DNA of 63,902 bases, filler included, from Neolecta irregularis DAH-3 (lineage: Eukaryota), in NCBI GenBank assembly GCA_001929475.1. It is 11 parts of 11 records of this genome, joined end to end, with 100 filler letters (N's around TTAATTAATTAA, not from the genome) between each part and the next. Parts side by side here need not be neighbours in the genome. Positions count along the whole stretch, not along the records: positions 11,107 to 24,495 come from LXFE01000824.1; positions 24,596 to 31,891 come from LXFE01000828.1; 9 more parts are not named here. One strand, 5' to 3'. Below, in pieces: positions 11,227 to 25,177 of this stretch; within the stretch, counting starts at the first letter, position 1; every line of letters begins with the position of its first letter. The notes under the pieces were generated by a model. That model ran no database searches. It was not told the origin of the DNA and saw only the letters and a program-made list of their open reading frames with translations. A program made the position numbers and the translations under genes.

Positions 11227-12021
11227 ATGCCAAAACTTGACACCAAAAAAGCTGCTAGTAACTCAATCAAATCCAATGAGAGGCGTAACAAGATGATATT
11301 CAAAAATATTTTAGACAATCCTTATACTGTTCATTGGTTTAGACATTTACAAACTTACGAATGTGCTCATTATCTAGGCCAGAAATCGACCTAGTTAACA
11401 TGGAGAAAATTCTCGATCTTCTAGTATCGTAACACCTCTAATTGTGACTTACCTAAAACAAGATTATTGCTGCCACTATCAACCTATCATCTTTTTCCAA
11501 AAGATCAAATATCTCGATCGCCGCCAGCTCTGGAGAATTTTCTCTCACTCGGGTTGAATGAAACAACACGTCGACTTGAATCACAGAGTTTTCGAAAAAT
11601 ACCATGCACTTTTCCGTCATATCTTACAGGAAATGACGAGACGAACGAGGACAAAAGAAAAAAATTATCATCTGTATTTGTCTGCAGAGGAGATATGTTA
11701 TCAAGTCATATGTGGGGTCATTTTCCAACCTTATGCGGTATTGCCAGTGACGAAACATGTGAGATACGGTTAATATCACTACCAAGAGGTGCAGAGGAGA
11801 GACTTGCTAGAGCAACTGGCCTGAGACGTGTTGGAGTCATTGGAGTGATGGTATATTTCCCGCAGAGGGATGTAATCAAATGCTAGGTGGACACACCTGG
11901 GAATGAAGAACTGATGGACCTCATCAAATCCAATGTCAACCCTATTTCAGTTGATTGGTTGACCAAGCCTAAGTTTCGACCAACCAGGATAAAGACTATT
12001 TGTTTAGGAAAGCCCTCTTAA
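11227..12021 (+). CDS. POP3: RNase P/MRP subunit Pop3 (L7Ae-like)
   Basis: FKNILDNPY..W-P, LGLNETTRRLE, VFVCRGD..HFP, LPRGAEERLARATGL and VDWL motifs over four exons. Confidence 0.8.
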
Positions 12022-12283
12022 AGGAAGATTAGGTAGGCAAGCAGTTCTCTTTCCTAGTAGGTAGAATCAGGACTATGTAAAGTCCAATGGTACGCTTTGA
12101 TGGGTTTTCAGACGTGTTCACCACAATATTGACACTGACGTGATATAATGTGAAGTCAATATCAATTATACAGAATCCATTTATCAATATTGAATCCTTA
12201 CAAGGATAATAAAACAAAAACGGAAGACCAATACCCTGTGGAGATGACCAAGAAACGCTTGAAGGAGAAAAGAAATACCAATG

Positions 12284-15200
12284 CTAACGGTCTCTTTTGG
12301 TTAATCTAGGACATCGACTGTTATTCAGTAATCTCGCCTCTCTTTGCAAGACAATTTCTGCCCAAGCAGCCTTTTCGGGTATTTTTCCATAACATATGAT
12401 TTGACCGAGAGCTTTCATCCATCGCTCTTTGTCTGCTTCAGATTCAGCATAGAAATCGATGACCTCTCCATCAAAGAAACGGATTCGGAAACCTTCTTCA
12501 ACATACATATAACCTTCTTCTTGCTCTGCGAATGCTGAAGTACGACGAGATCCTTCTGCCTGAGCTAGACGATTTTTGTCATCATATAAACCGGTTGCTT
12601 TGGTTAGAGAAATTGCTGCACGTAAAGTTCGAGAGGCTTCATGGAACGCATAGAGTTTGGGGCCAACAAGTTTGAAGTATCTCCTTCTCCATGTCTGATA
12701 TCAAATAATGTTCAGTACAATGAATGGATACCGAGCAATCACCCCCTTGTTGGGATAGATGGCCTTCGCATAGCAGTTGGCTATACCATTCGGTAGTTTG
12801 CATTTCTTTTATACAAGCTGCCAAACTTCGCGGAGGTGGAGTCTGAAGATCAGCGCTAAGTTCCTCTATTATCATAAGAGTACCTTCCTTGGCGCAGGTG
12901 GCATATAAAGCATCTGGAGATCGAGCTTGCCAATCTTATAAGGCCGTCTTCTCGTAATCTTAAGAGGCAGTTTAGGTTTACAGCCATATTGAATTTCAAC
13001 ATCTGTAGCCCACTCATTCATCAAAGTAACCTCCGTACTATAAGGCCGACCAAACGCTGAATCTTTGTAGGTATCAAGGGACACATACACTCGAGCAAAG
13101 CTTCCATCATTCCCGACAATCCCATGGAGCGGTTGTTGATGTTGTATAGCGGCCGCTTCTTGTTCTTGAAGTTTCTTCGTTTTCTTGGGTGAGGAAAATA
13201 CACGACTGAAAGCACTTTGTTTCGATTTGGAAGGTGAGATCGGTAAAACGGGTTGTTTTTCAACTTTTACTTGTAATGTCAGCATAAATTCGAGGTCATC
13301 CAACGCAAGTCTAGATTTTCAGTTACGAGAAAGCATTCCTACTTACAGCTCGAATTCTTGACATATCTCCGAGATATGTTCGAGTTTGTTGTAGGCTGTT
13401 TGAATGCAATGAACACCGTTGTCCAATGTACAGCTGAAATACATATCTCGATCTTCTCAGTCAGCATATCCAATATAAAGAAGGATGTGCCTAGAGGTAA
13501 TTTGAGATCCAAATCTTTCACTCGAAGAACACGAACGAATAATCTCCCACAATCAGCGAATTTCTCGTTAACTTTCTTAATGGCAATTTCGCCTAGCTCT
13601 CTGATTTGTGTCTTCTTTGAGGTCGAACTTCTCTTTTGGTTGCTCTTGTCCGCTAGGGATTTGTTCTTTGAAGGTGCTGGCGGCACATCAAGTTCAGTAA
13701 CCTAGAGATGAGCGTTTCATAAAGAAAAGTCTGTTACTCTTGGCGACAAGTTCTTATCCGGGGATGAGGAGACTGATTCGACATTGGCGCTGTCGTGACG
13801 ATAATGACTGAGATCTTTATCGCTCGACGCGTGAACGATGTTCGTATTCTGTCTCATTAAATAACCACGCTATAAATTAACATATATTCGTTTCGGGAGC
13901 AAACCTTCTGACCTTCGATTACTCTCTCGAAAGCTTGCCCAATATCAGAAAAACCAGTGTCGGATGGTCGAGGGAGTTTGATCTCCAATCGAGGTAACTC
14001 AATTGTTTTCGTCATAACCATCATTGGTTTTTCGTCTTCCTCATTAGCAGCAGAATCGGGTTTCGAATCATCTCCAAAACCGATGGTAGTTGGTGCCTCG
14101 ATGTTTACTTCATCCTTGTTTTCTATATGTGATTCACCGCTGACTTTACGGCGTTTGGCTGCAATTGTAGCAGCATCCGCAGGCGTTAACGAGGGACGGA
14201 TCTTTAGTCCGCGACCTTTGACCGTTGCCCGCTCAGGGGAGACTTCAGGAGAACATTTATTGAGTGTGTCTTCATTCTCGCCGTCATTGAAATCGGTTTT
14301 CATCTGAGACTCTGGAGTAGATGGCCGGAAGACTGCATGAGCCAAGGATTTGTGCTCGGAAGACGCTAGATTCGTCTGAACAAGTTTTGGATGTGTTGTT
14401 TGAGCATCAGAGTTTTTTGAAATTGTCGTTGGAGACGACATGTATCCTGACAATCCCAAATCAATATCGCCAAGGGCGCCAAATTCGGGCAACATAAGCG
14501 GGGAGACTGTCGCAATGTACTCCGGCATATGAGGGCGAGATGCATCAGCGATTGAATCATCTTCGGTCTCATCGTTCAAATTCTCTGCGAGGTCTGGAGT
14601 TGGAGGGAACGATGTAATCAATGCGACGTTTGGAGATACTGTATCAATTGAGGCATTATCGACCGTTGGCGGTGAAGAAGTATAGGTATCTTCTGAAAGC
14701 TCTTCTTTGATCTCATAAACTTCGCCGAGACCCGATGTGCTAGTAAGATCGTTTTTGAAGCTCGGTGAAGTATTTTGATCGATTTGAGATTCCTCTTTAA
14801 CTTCCTGGGCAAGATCCTTGTGAGTTGATGAACGAGCCAGTTTATAAAAGTAGGTATCACTTTCAGACGAACTCGCGGTGGGGAAAATAGGCAGTTTCTC
14901 TGTTTCAAGTGCCACTGGGCTAAACCCTTCGCCAGTATATGTGGTATCACCGTTTATCGAGATCCCAAGATCATCATAGGAAGAACTCCGAGGTTTCTCA
15001 ATTTCTTTGAGATCAGGTTTGGCTTGACTGTCAGGGTCCGGCATAGGTTCAGGAACTTTGACAACTGGCTCGGGCGCACTTGAACTCTCTGGACTCTTCG
15101 ATTTTTTCTTTGCTGCAACATCCATCTCGCTTGCCTTCCGCCTCAACTCTCGCAGTTTCTCGACTAATGCTTCTTTAGAAGTCGGGCTGGAAACAAGTGC

Positions 15201-16229
15201 GGGAAGTGTCGGCAAAGTTCTCGCAGAACTTGGGCTCGCGCTGCCTGGGACCTGTGGTAATGGTCGACCTCCCCTAGAGGAGGTTGGAGAAGGAAGTTGA
15301 AAAGGGTCTGGAAGTCCTCCATGTTTGGCGCCGGCGGGATTGGAATATGCCCAATCCTCTACCAGACCTGGACTTTCACGAATGCTTGAATTTCCCTCGC
15401 TTTCATCCTCAGAACCGTACATGCCTGCAAAATCAAAGCTAGAGGCACTATAAGGCGACTGCGTGCTTTCCCGCTCGAAATGCAGAATTTGAGGAGCGGC
15501 GTCGTCAAATTTGACTGTTTTTCGCTTACGACGTGGAGTTGCTTGACTACCGTCTGAGTCTGCACCAGGAGACGACGGACTCTGAAGGTTGCTAATCAAT
15601 GATGATTTAGGAGAAAATGTCCGTTCTGGCAAAGGATTATCTGCAGTAGAGGTGTCTCCAAGCCCAAATTTGCGTTCAGGTGTTAAGGAGGTTCGGGGCG
15701 AGGTATTCTTGGGTTGGGGTACAGGGATCGGAATACGTGTCACTGATTGTTGACGTCGATGCTGTTGGAGAAAAGGCGAACTCGATACTGCTGAACTTTT
15801 AGAGGACGCTCGTTTAATTGGCGAATTTGGTCCATTGATGTCCTGGCTGGCAAAAATAGAGGTTCTCACTGGAGATTTCCCGGCCAGAAGTTCTAAAGGT
15901 GTACTTTTCTTAATAGGCGATGACGAGCCTGTAGTAAAATATAAAGTCTCGTCGGACGACGAGGTTTCCTTGGCCTGCCAGAAACTCCTCACGTCCGATT
16001 TTTTCGGGAAGGAGGACTGTAATTGATGAACCTTGGATTGGCCACCTTTATCCAGCAATGGCGACGGTATGTTATGCTTTCTAAAACTTGGATTGACGTC
16101 AGTGTCCACTGAAAGCTTAGGGTGCAGAGGAGTGTTTCTATAGCCAATGGTACTTGGATTCATGGGATTATGGGACTCAATTTGCTCAGAAGGGTCGAGC
16201 ATTGCGATCTTGCTTGTTCCATTCATCAT
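12284..16229 (-). CDS. BUD4: Bud4/anillin-related septin/cytokinesis protein with C-terminal PH domain
   Basis: Long Ser/Pro-rich N-terminus with KTVKFD; RGYLMRQNT, GRLFVRVLRVKDL, GSFARVYVSL; PH motifs GHLSQQGGDC and FRIRFFDGEVIDFYAES. Confidence 0.85.
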
Positions 16230-16595
16230 ATAATCGTGGTGATTGTTGTGATGGTCTCTTATCAATAAAGCGTGACAGGCCTAGATTTTCGGTAGGGTAA
16301 GTTTGATCCCAATTTGTTTTCCAAGAGGGTCAGCCTTTACCCCCAAGCGGGAAACTGTAAACAAAGCCAATTCAAATTTGCACGACCGCGTACGAAACTC
16401 AAAACTGGGCGCCGAGGAGTAAATATATGGACAATATAAGATAATATTATCTATATATTTAATTCAGTCCTGCTTTGTTACAGCTAACGGAATCATTGTG
16501 AAGCAGCTAGTGCATATCAGAAAGAAACGAAACCACACTGTCGCTACATCCTGGTGCATATTGACCATTATATGCCCCTACTTTACCCATATGCG

Positions 16596-17982
16596 ATGCG
16601 CCTTACTTCGCTACTTCTTTCTTCAGCATTGACATTCGTTATCGCAGGAGATCCCCGACTGTCATTAACGGATTTCCATGATCTCAACGCTTGGGACCAG
16701 TGTACGTCATGCTTTCCAAGACGAGGGCGCCTGTCGGTTAATGTTTGATTTAGACGGATCCGTTCAGGTTTATAGCGATCGCGCAATCTTATCAGCGTAT
16801 AAAAGCCACGTAGGTGCGCTATGGGCAAAGCTGAGCAATCCGCACGAGGTCAATCGATTACTACACAACATAGACTGATACATCATAGGGATGGGTTGCT
16901 GAGTACGAAATCAAAGTCGACGGTCCAGAATATGGTGGAGGTAAAGGGATTGCCCTCTGGTACACCTCAGAAAGAGGGAAAGGTGGGCTGGTGTATGGAA
17001 ACCAAGATAAGTGGGATGGCCTGGGATTATTTATCGAATCTTCAAGTAATGGCCGGGTATTACGCCCCCTAGTTTTTATTGAAATTTCAGAGCATTCTCA
17101 ACGGGCATTTGAACGATGGATCTATCGAATATACGAAATTAAGCCAGTCATCTTTGCAAGCATTTAGCAGTTGTGCGTTAAGTTATCGAAATCGTGGTCG
17201 TCAAATAATCAAAGTTCAGCATGTTGAACATTCTCTTCGGGTCAGTCCTTCTTGGCTACAACAATGTTAAGGTGTATAGGTCGAAGTAGACGGTAAATTG
17301 TGTTTTGAAACAAATCAGGTCGTCCTACCCGTGGGATACTATTTCGGCATTTCTGTATGTGGCGGATGATCTTCTCTGATTTCTTAAATAGGCCGCATCC
17401 GCTGACCTCCCCGACACACACGAACTTTACAGCATATCTGTCACCCCAGCCGTTAGAGCTGACGAAGCTGGAGCTAGCAAACAACTACATCCAGATTCTA
17501 AATACCAAGGACAAGATATCAGAATGAGTGTAAGTTGCTCTTCTTTGCTTACATAAACTTACGCCATGCAGTACGAGGATTTAAATTCTCTTAAGCAAGA
17601 TCTTAGTGCTCTTAAACAGCAAGTGGTCAGCATCACCCAAAGTCTTTCAAAACTTGAACAAATCGATCGATCTATTTCAGAACTTGCCCTTCGAATCCAA
17701 CGTATAGATCAGCATACTTCAGTTAGCCATGTTGAAGGTTCGAGGATTGCCGATAGAATGGAAAATCTTGGCCAGTCTATGTCACTCCTTGAAAGACGAT
17801 TGGCGGAAGGAGCTGACCATCTTATATCGGTCCTCCCCAAGCATCTCTCAAGTCACGTTGCTGAAGCCACCCCGAATCTTTTCAAAGCGCTGGGGGTTCT
17901 GTTTTTGGCTCAGTTGATAATATTCGCTATATATCGAACTCTCAGATCGAAGCAAAAAGCCAGCAGTAAGAAGTACCTTTGA
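16596..17982 (+). CDS. L-type lectin ER-Golgi cargo receptor (Emp46/Emp47/ERGIC-53-like)
   Basis: Signal peptide; GALWAK; GHLNDGS and AFSSCALSYRN; coiled coil; C-terminal TM followed by KKYL; several short introns. Confidence 0.8.
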
Positions 17983-18187
17983 CAAATAGTGGGTATTATA
18001 ATCTAGACAAAAAGGTTATATTTTCCGAATAGTTCTCTCTGATCTGATTATAAATTCATGTTGAATGTATTCCTGATACATTGATCAAATGTGGATTGAG
18101 GGTCAGCTCAAGCCTCTGTCACGCTCTTTCGCGAAGATAGGCAGCAGAAACTTCCCCAAGCCATCTCCTGCTTATGAGATGGAATGG

Positions 18188-18840
18188 TTACGTAGGCTTT
18201 GATGTGCCTTGCCAAACTTCCATCAGATTTCGTCCGGTTCTCACACTCCGGATCTCAGCGATCTCGTCATTCACAGCGTCTTTTAGTCCAAGCAGTATCC
18301 AGTCCTTTTTCAAATCATATCTCTTATTTTCCGGGAGGATGAGCTTGAATGTCACGTCTTTAAGATGTTCGCCTCGCAATGTTATTGTAAGTTTTCCAGA
18401 TGCGATCCCTTTCCGAAGACGATCTTCATGGATTTTGTCCACTTCTTCCACTACCGAAGATTCAGATTCACTGGTCTGGTAGTCCTGGTCTCTCTCGTGA
18501 ATTTGATAGTGTCCAATGTCAAACAAGAGAACAGCACCAGCTCCATACGAGCCCTTGGGTATCACGCCTTCGAATGTAGTGTAATCGAGAGGATGCGGAT
18601 TGACCTGCACGGCGAGCCTGCGCTCCCCTGGCTGTAACATTCTCATACCTTTTGGAATGGCCTGAGCAAGAATGAGTTTATCGCAACCACTATGTAGGTT
18701 ACCCATGAGAACGTTGTTCCGTCTAATTGTAAACGTAAATCGAAATGCAGCCTAGTTGCATCGTGAACTTGCACACAGAAGAGGTTTTTTGATGATAAAG
18801 CCGGAAACCTCTCGATCATATCAGGAGGAAACACAGACAT
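18188..18840 (-). CDS. Stand-alone DNA ligase D 3'-phosphoesterase (LigD_N/PE) domain protein
   Basis: FCVQVHDATRLHFDLRLQLDG..FSW|AIPKG, RLAVQVNPHPLDYTTFEGVIPKGSYGAG.V.LFD.G.Y; intron 18662-18702. Confidence 0.9.
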
Positions 18841-18942
18841 CCTGTACCACCGACCGTGGCGATTTGTACATATACTGTGAGGTTCGCCACAGATTGTGGC
18901 TCTGACTGTTCCACCACCTTGGAGCAATCCCGGGCAGTTACC

Positions 18943-20210
18943 ATGGCGATGGATCTCGTCCGTTCTCTACTTCGACATGTAGTTCGCGCATTCTATGAGA
19001 CGAAGCATGTCATTATACTCGAAGCGCTGATCCGCCACTCGGCGTAAACCCACTGAGTTGAAAAATCAGAAAGCTAAATGATATAGTTTGCGAGATGAAG
19101 ACTTTGCTGTTATGACCTCTTTGCAGCCAAAGGAGGTACAGAAAATATGTGGAAAGCTAAGGGAGGATCGTTTACTTACGATGTGTGTGTTGTGGTTGCA
19201 GTCGTGTTGATGTCTAGGCATACAAAGGTTGAAGGGAAGAGCGAGCATCACAGGACATATAATAAGACTTGGTATTTTATCGACTATCAAGTCGCTGTCG
19301 ATGCGATCAAATTCAAAATGTACCGGTTACAAAAGCGAATAGAGGAGGAGATGACAAAGGTATCTAATTACAAACTTTTCAACAGGTATTCATGGATGAG
19401 CAAGCCGAAATGAAGGGATATCATTGCCCAAGATGTTCTCGGAAATATACAGCCGTGGAAGCAATGATGCATGTCGACGAATTCATGATCTTCCAATGCG
19501 AGTTATGTCAAATTCCTTTAGAACCTGAAGCCGAAAGCGAAGAATCCAAACGAAGCCAAACAACTTTCTCAAATTTCAACGAACAACTGGTCAGAGTGAT
19601 TGAGTTATTGAAGAGTATCGATGAAGTGGTAGTTCCTGTGTATGTTACATCCTTTAGATACTAACTGATATCAAAGAACTGACTTCACCAAAGCCCATGC
19701 AGAAGCAGTGCCTCCTGCTCATGTGGAATCAATATCCGATGGCTTTCCTCACATGCCCCCCGGATCAGCTACACCTACCGCAAATTTAACGACTACGTCT
19801 TCGCAGGTGGCCATCGATTTCGTTTCTCGTGCGCCTGGCGATGAGACCGCAGAAGAGAAGATCAGAAAAGAGGCCCTTGCACAGTCAAATCAACTTCCTG
19901 TTTGGCATACACAGAGCACCATTTCCGGGGATCTTACATATGCCGGGAAGCAAAGCCAAGATATGGGCCAACAACACCACTCACAGCAGGAAACTATTGT
20001 AGATGACAAGTCGGCAAAAATAGTTGACGACGAGGGTATGATCTATTTGTTTGTAGCCTTCAGGCTTAAATTGCAGCGATTAAAACTTTCTACGCTGGTC
20101 TAGGGAACGGAAAACGCGAGAGCGAAGACGGATCGCAAGGAGAACCCACCGCCAAACGCATTAAAGTCGAGGAGGATAGTGACGAAGATGAGGAATTTGA
20201 GGATGTTTGA
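18943..20210 (+). CDS. TFA1: Transcription factor IIE large subunit
   Basis: LLRHVVRAFY, WYFIDY..VDAIKFKM, Zn ribbon CPRC...CELC, NQLPVWHTQSTI, acidic C-terminus EEFEDV. Confidence 0.93.
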
Positions 20211-20597
20211 GCCTCCATGCTCAAGTTGATGACGGAGTTGACAAACTCCTTGATGATGGAATGGTTCGCTTTTTTGGAAGGTCATCGAATATTGCCTATG
20301 GCAAACTGGCCACTAGTTATCCCTGTTGAAAGAAAACAGGAATTCCTGCATCTAGCTGTCCTTGGTTAAGATAGCTGAATATCACGGAGATTCCATTCGT
20401 TGGCCCCTATTATTGGCTAGGCCTGGCGTTCGCCAAACTGGAAAATGTCTCACCGCCTCTTTCCTCATTCTATTCCCCTTATTGATAAATATCGTGTATT
20501 CGCTTTAGGAACAGGGTTAGCGCCTCCTGTGTCCTTTACTGGTACCGAATTACCATAAGTAGTCTGGGCGCTACCCGTATCTTTTCTGTCAACAATC

Positions 20598-23500
20598 ATG
20601 AAAGATCCAGAAAAGTCGTTCCCGCGTGCAATCACTTTTGATCGTGTCCAGTCAAATTCTGTGCAGTTTGAAACAAATCTGGTGCGAAGGATATCAAGCG
20701 TTTCGACTTTTGCGACCACCCGAAGTGAAGATGGGTTTGCGATCTCTGAACGAGCATCGTTTCGTAGACGAAGCATCGAGCCTACAACGACCCTTCCTAT
20801 TGGATTCAGGACTGTTTCAATTGGAATTCACGAGACCAATGAACGAGAGGAAAGAGGCCACAAATCAGAGAAAAAGGGCGTTGTTGGAGGTATGCCAGCT
20901 TGTCAAACTGTCTAACATTCAGCACTTTCTGATCTCGATTTTCATCTCGTTTCAATTCAAGAACTCTCAACCCGCTTTTCGACCAGTATCCAGCAAGGCC
21001 TTAGTCCGGAACAAGTGGCGAGAAAACTTACTCTGGAGGGACCCAATGTTCTTTCGCCACCTCCTTCAAGGGTTTTCCAGAAACTCTTTGGCTACGTTTT
21101 TGGTGGTTTCGGCTCCATCCTTATTATTGCCTGTATATTGGTTTTCATATCATGGAAACCTTTGGGAGATCCTCCAGCGTCTGCCAATCTCGCTCTTGCT
21201 ATCGTACTTCTCGTGGTTGAAATCGTCCAGGCTTCTTTCAATGCATGGCAGGTATGTTGTTTTTGGGCTATCTGCATTTGGTACTGATTATACAGGACTG
21301 GAGCACGTCACAAGTCATGGCTTCGATAAGTGGGATGTTGCCTAGTGACACAATAGTTGTCCGAGATGGCACAGAAACCAAAGTACCATCTCGAGACTTA
21401 GTTCCCGGAGATATTGTTTTGCTAAAAATGGGTGTCAAGGTCCCCGCGGATATTCGACTCAGTGAAATTTGCGGAGAAGTCAAATTTGATCGCTCAGTTC
21501 TCACAGGTATTTGAATAGAGTGTTTTATTGGGGTTTTAACCAGGTAAGGCGAGGCTGATCCTGTGTCCGGGACTCGCAATTATACAGACAAGAATTTCCT
21601 CGAAGTAAAGACTAGTGGTCGCATTCAGTTTGACTCGTTAGACTGGCAATGTTGCTCTCCAAGGTACACATTGCGTCGGCGGGTCTGCTACGGGTATCGT
21701 CATTCAAACAGGAGATCGGACTGTATTCGGTCGAATTGCCAAACTCTCTTCCAGTGACAAGAGAGGGATGACGACTTTGCAACGGGAAATATTCCGTTTT
21801 GTTTCGATTATCGTGACACTTGCCCTCTTAACCTGCGTCCTGGTCCTTATCATATGGGGTTCATGGCTTCGAAGGAGTCATCCGACATGGATTACGACTA
21901 GTATTTTGATTGTTGATGTTGTCAGTGTCCTTGTTGCATTCGTTCCCGAAGGTATCGCCTGAACGATGATGGAGATTAACAGTTAGGCCTTCCGATTGCC
22001 GTGACTACTACTCTGACTATTATTGCACGAACCATGAAAAAATCCATGGTTTTGTGTAAATCACTATCTGTGGTAGAAACTCTTGGTGCCGTCAACGTGC
22101 TCTGTTCAGATAAAACCGGAACCCTGACTAAGAACCAAATGTCAGTCACAACAGCGTGTATCTTTGTTCAAGAAACAACTCCTCGAGAGGCTCATGAAAA
22201 TATTATACTTCATCGAGCCAGCCCTACGAATCCGGGCTCTGCGTTAAGTCAACTCCATGCCGTGGCCAGTCTTTGTTGTGCTGCTACATTTGATGCTACT
22301 ACAGTTAACTTTCCTCTCGCCCAACGCAAAATCAATGGGGATGCTACGGATTGTGCTGTTCTCCGTTTTGCCGAAGAACTCGGAAAAGTTGACGAAATGC
22401 ATGCTGCTTGGAAAAAAGTTTACGAAATTCCGTTTAATTCGAAAAACAAGTTTATGTTACGAATCGTCAAGCCATTCAAGTCTTCTGATTCAATTTCGGA
22501 GGGTGTCATTAGTGCATCGGAACGTGCCTCGTTCGACGGCTCCCAAGGATCTATATTATTCATTAAAGGCGCTCCAGATATTTTGATCAAGCGCTGCTCG
22601 AGTGTCCTGTTACCCAACGACGAAGTCGTTCCCCTCACAGAGGAAAGGATTACCACTCTCTCAGATATACAACTTGGATGGGCTTCGAACGGGCTGCGGG
22701 TTTTACTTCTTGCTCGCCGAATCCTGAAAGAGACGGATATATCACCGGATCTTGAAGTCGGTGGAACTGCCTATGCTGACGCTGTTCTCAATCTTGCTTT
22801 CCAAGATTTGACAGTCGTTGGAATGGTAGGTATTGTTGATCCACTGAAAGATGATATCCCCGAAGTCGTTGCAACTTGTCGATCCGCCGGTATCCGTTTC
22901 TTTATGGTAAAGATTCAATTAGCGACTACAACTCACAAGTTAGGTCACGGGTGACTTCGCTGTTACTGCTGCTTCTATAGCTTGTCAGAGTGGTATTATC
23001 ACTGTTGATCCGAAGAGTATTCACAATCTCTCACATTTGAACCGGGGAATTGAGGAGAAAGTAGAAATCACGCCCTATTCTAGGGAAGCTCATTTGCCTC
23101 CAGTAGCTATTGTTTTATCTGGAAGTGATCTCATTACCTTGAACGACTACCAGTGGGAACAACTTTGCGCTTATGAAGAAATCGTATTTGCTCGAACCAC
23201 ACCCGATCAGAAGCTCCGTATTGTCAAAGAATTCCAGAAACGAGAATGCGTTGTTGGTATGACAGGAGATGGGGTCAATGATGCTCCTTCTCTAAAGGCT
23301 GCGGATATTGGAGTTGCCATTGGAAATGGTAGTGAGGTGGCTATCGAAGCTGCAGATATCGTTCTTTTGGATTCTTTTTCAGCAATAATCACGGCTATCG
23401 AATACGGAAGGCTCGCATTTGATAATCTTCAAAAGACCGTAATCTATTTGCTACCTGCTGGTATTGAATTTGTTTGTGGTACGGCTAACGATTCCCTAGG

Positions 23501-24286
23501 AGCATTCTCTGAACTTTTCCCTGTGTTATTCAGCGTTCTCTTCGGTCTTCCTCAAATCTTATCGTCCTTCCTCATGATAGTTATCTGCTGTCTTACAGAT
23601 GCCGTTGGTGCAATGACAATGGTCTTTGAAAAACCGGAAAGTGATCTTCTCACTCGACCACCTCGGAATATCCACAAAGATAGATTGGCCAATAAACGAC
23701 TCTTGTTCCAAGCTGTTGGATTTATTGGACTCATTGAATGTACATGCTCTATGGCTATGGCCTTCTGGTACATGCAGAGGAACGGTGTTCCGTTCGGTGC
23801 TATGTGGCTTCAGTTCGGAAATTATCCTGATGGTATAACAAATGATCGTGTAAATGCCGTCGTTGCAACAGCTTCCAGCATATACTTCTCCAATTTAGTA
23901 CAAGGCCTTTTATCATCACGTATATACTGATATTTTAGGTCATCATGCAATTCTTCAACCTTCTTGCAACTAGGACAAGAAGACTTTCTATCCTGCAACA
24001 GCCACCTATCTTCAACAAGCGAACGCAAAATCGATGGATATTCCTTGCTATGCTCTTTGCACTTTGCGTTGGTATATCTCATCATTGCAACGCCTGGCTT
24101 ATATTATTAGTGTTTTTCTTTTGTTACATCCCTACTTTTCAGAATGTCATTGGTTCCACTAAAATCCCTGTTGAACATTTCTTTCTTCCTGTTGGGTTTG
24201 GAATGGGATTATTGTGTATTGATGAGGCGAGGAAATTAGCTGTTCGGACTTGGCCAGAGGGCTTTCTTGCTCGGATAGCCTGGTAG
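20598..24286 (+). CDS. Na+/K+-ATPase-like P-type ATPase (fungal ACU-type cation uptake pump)
   Basis: VAFVPEGLP, CSDKTGTLT, FNSKNK, KGAPD, ARTTPDQK and MTGDGVNDAPSLKAADIG motifs; multiple short introns. Confidence 0.88.
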
Positions 24287-24595
24287 GTAATAGGATGTTC
24301 TGGTAGTTAATTGCACGATTATGGAGGACGATGAAATAGTTTGATAAAGAAGATATGAGTAATATATCTTGCAGCATGGTACAGAACGAATTCAAGGTCA
24401 TTAAAAATTTGTCCCCTCATTAACTGCTTCATCAGTAGGATACAAAGCACCAAGGTATAAAGGCTTTGGAGCGGCACATCGCGATGGTCTGCAGANNNNN
24501 NNNNNNNNNNNNNNNNNNNNNNNNNNNNNNNNNNNNNNNTTAATTAATTAANNNNNNNNNNNNNNNNNNNNNNNNNNNNNNNNNNNNNNNNNNNN

Positions 24596-24704
24596 ACAGG
24601 CCACACCGGAGCAATAATATACGTAGTTGCCCGTATTCCTGAATCGCGATCGTATATATCCCGTGGAGCCTCCTGAGCGGCAAGTCCGGACACCCAACGC
24701 TCAC
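24596..24704 (+). mobile_element. 3' part of a solo LTR-like repeat (family B); fuller copy at 28657-28841
   Basis: About 95 bp homologous to 28748-28841, both ending GCAAGTCCGGACACCCAACGC(T/C)CACA. Confidence 0.55.
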
Positions 24705-25177
24705 ATGTAGCTTCAGCGGCTCAGCTTACAATGGTCCAACAATTTACCCGCACGACAAACATACCTCTACTTTACATAATATATATTGTGGTGACATGAA
24801 ATAGAATTTTTGATATTGCGATAATATTGTTGCCTTTTAATATATATTGCCATGATATAATATAGACATTTTGATATTATGATAATATTTTGACCTTTTT
24901 ATATTGGGAATACTATATCATTTATATTGTTGCACGCTTGGATTCAATATCAGCAGATTCTATACGCCCCTGACAATTAAGAAGTGCTATGCTATCAAAA
25001 CAGGGCCACCTGAGTCTAACCCATAGACCATCCCCAAAATCATGCTTGAATCTCCTTGAGATATTCCATTTATCAAAGGCCTTCTATTTTATTTCTATTT
25101 GACAAAACCCAGCCTTAGTCAAAAATATGGTTTACAAAACCCAGATTTGATAATCAATATCCTCTACTCTATAATGA

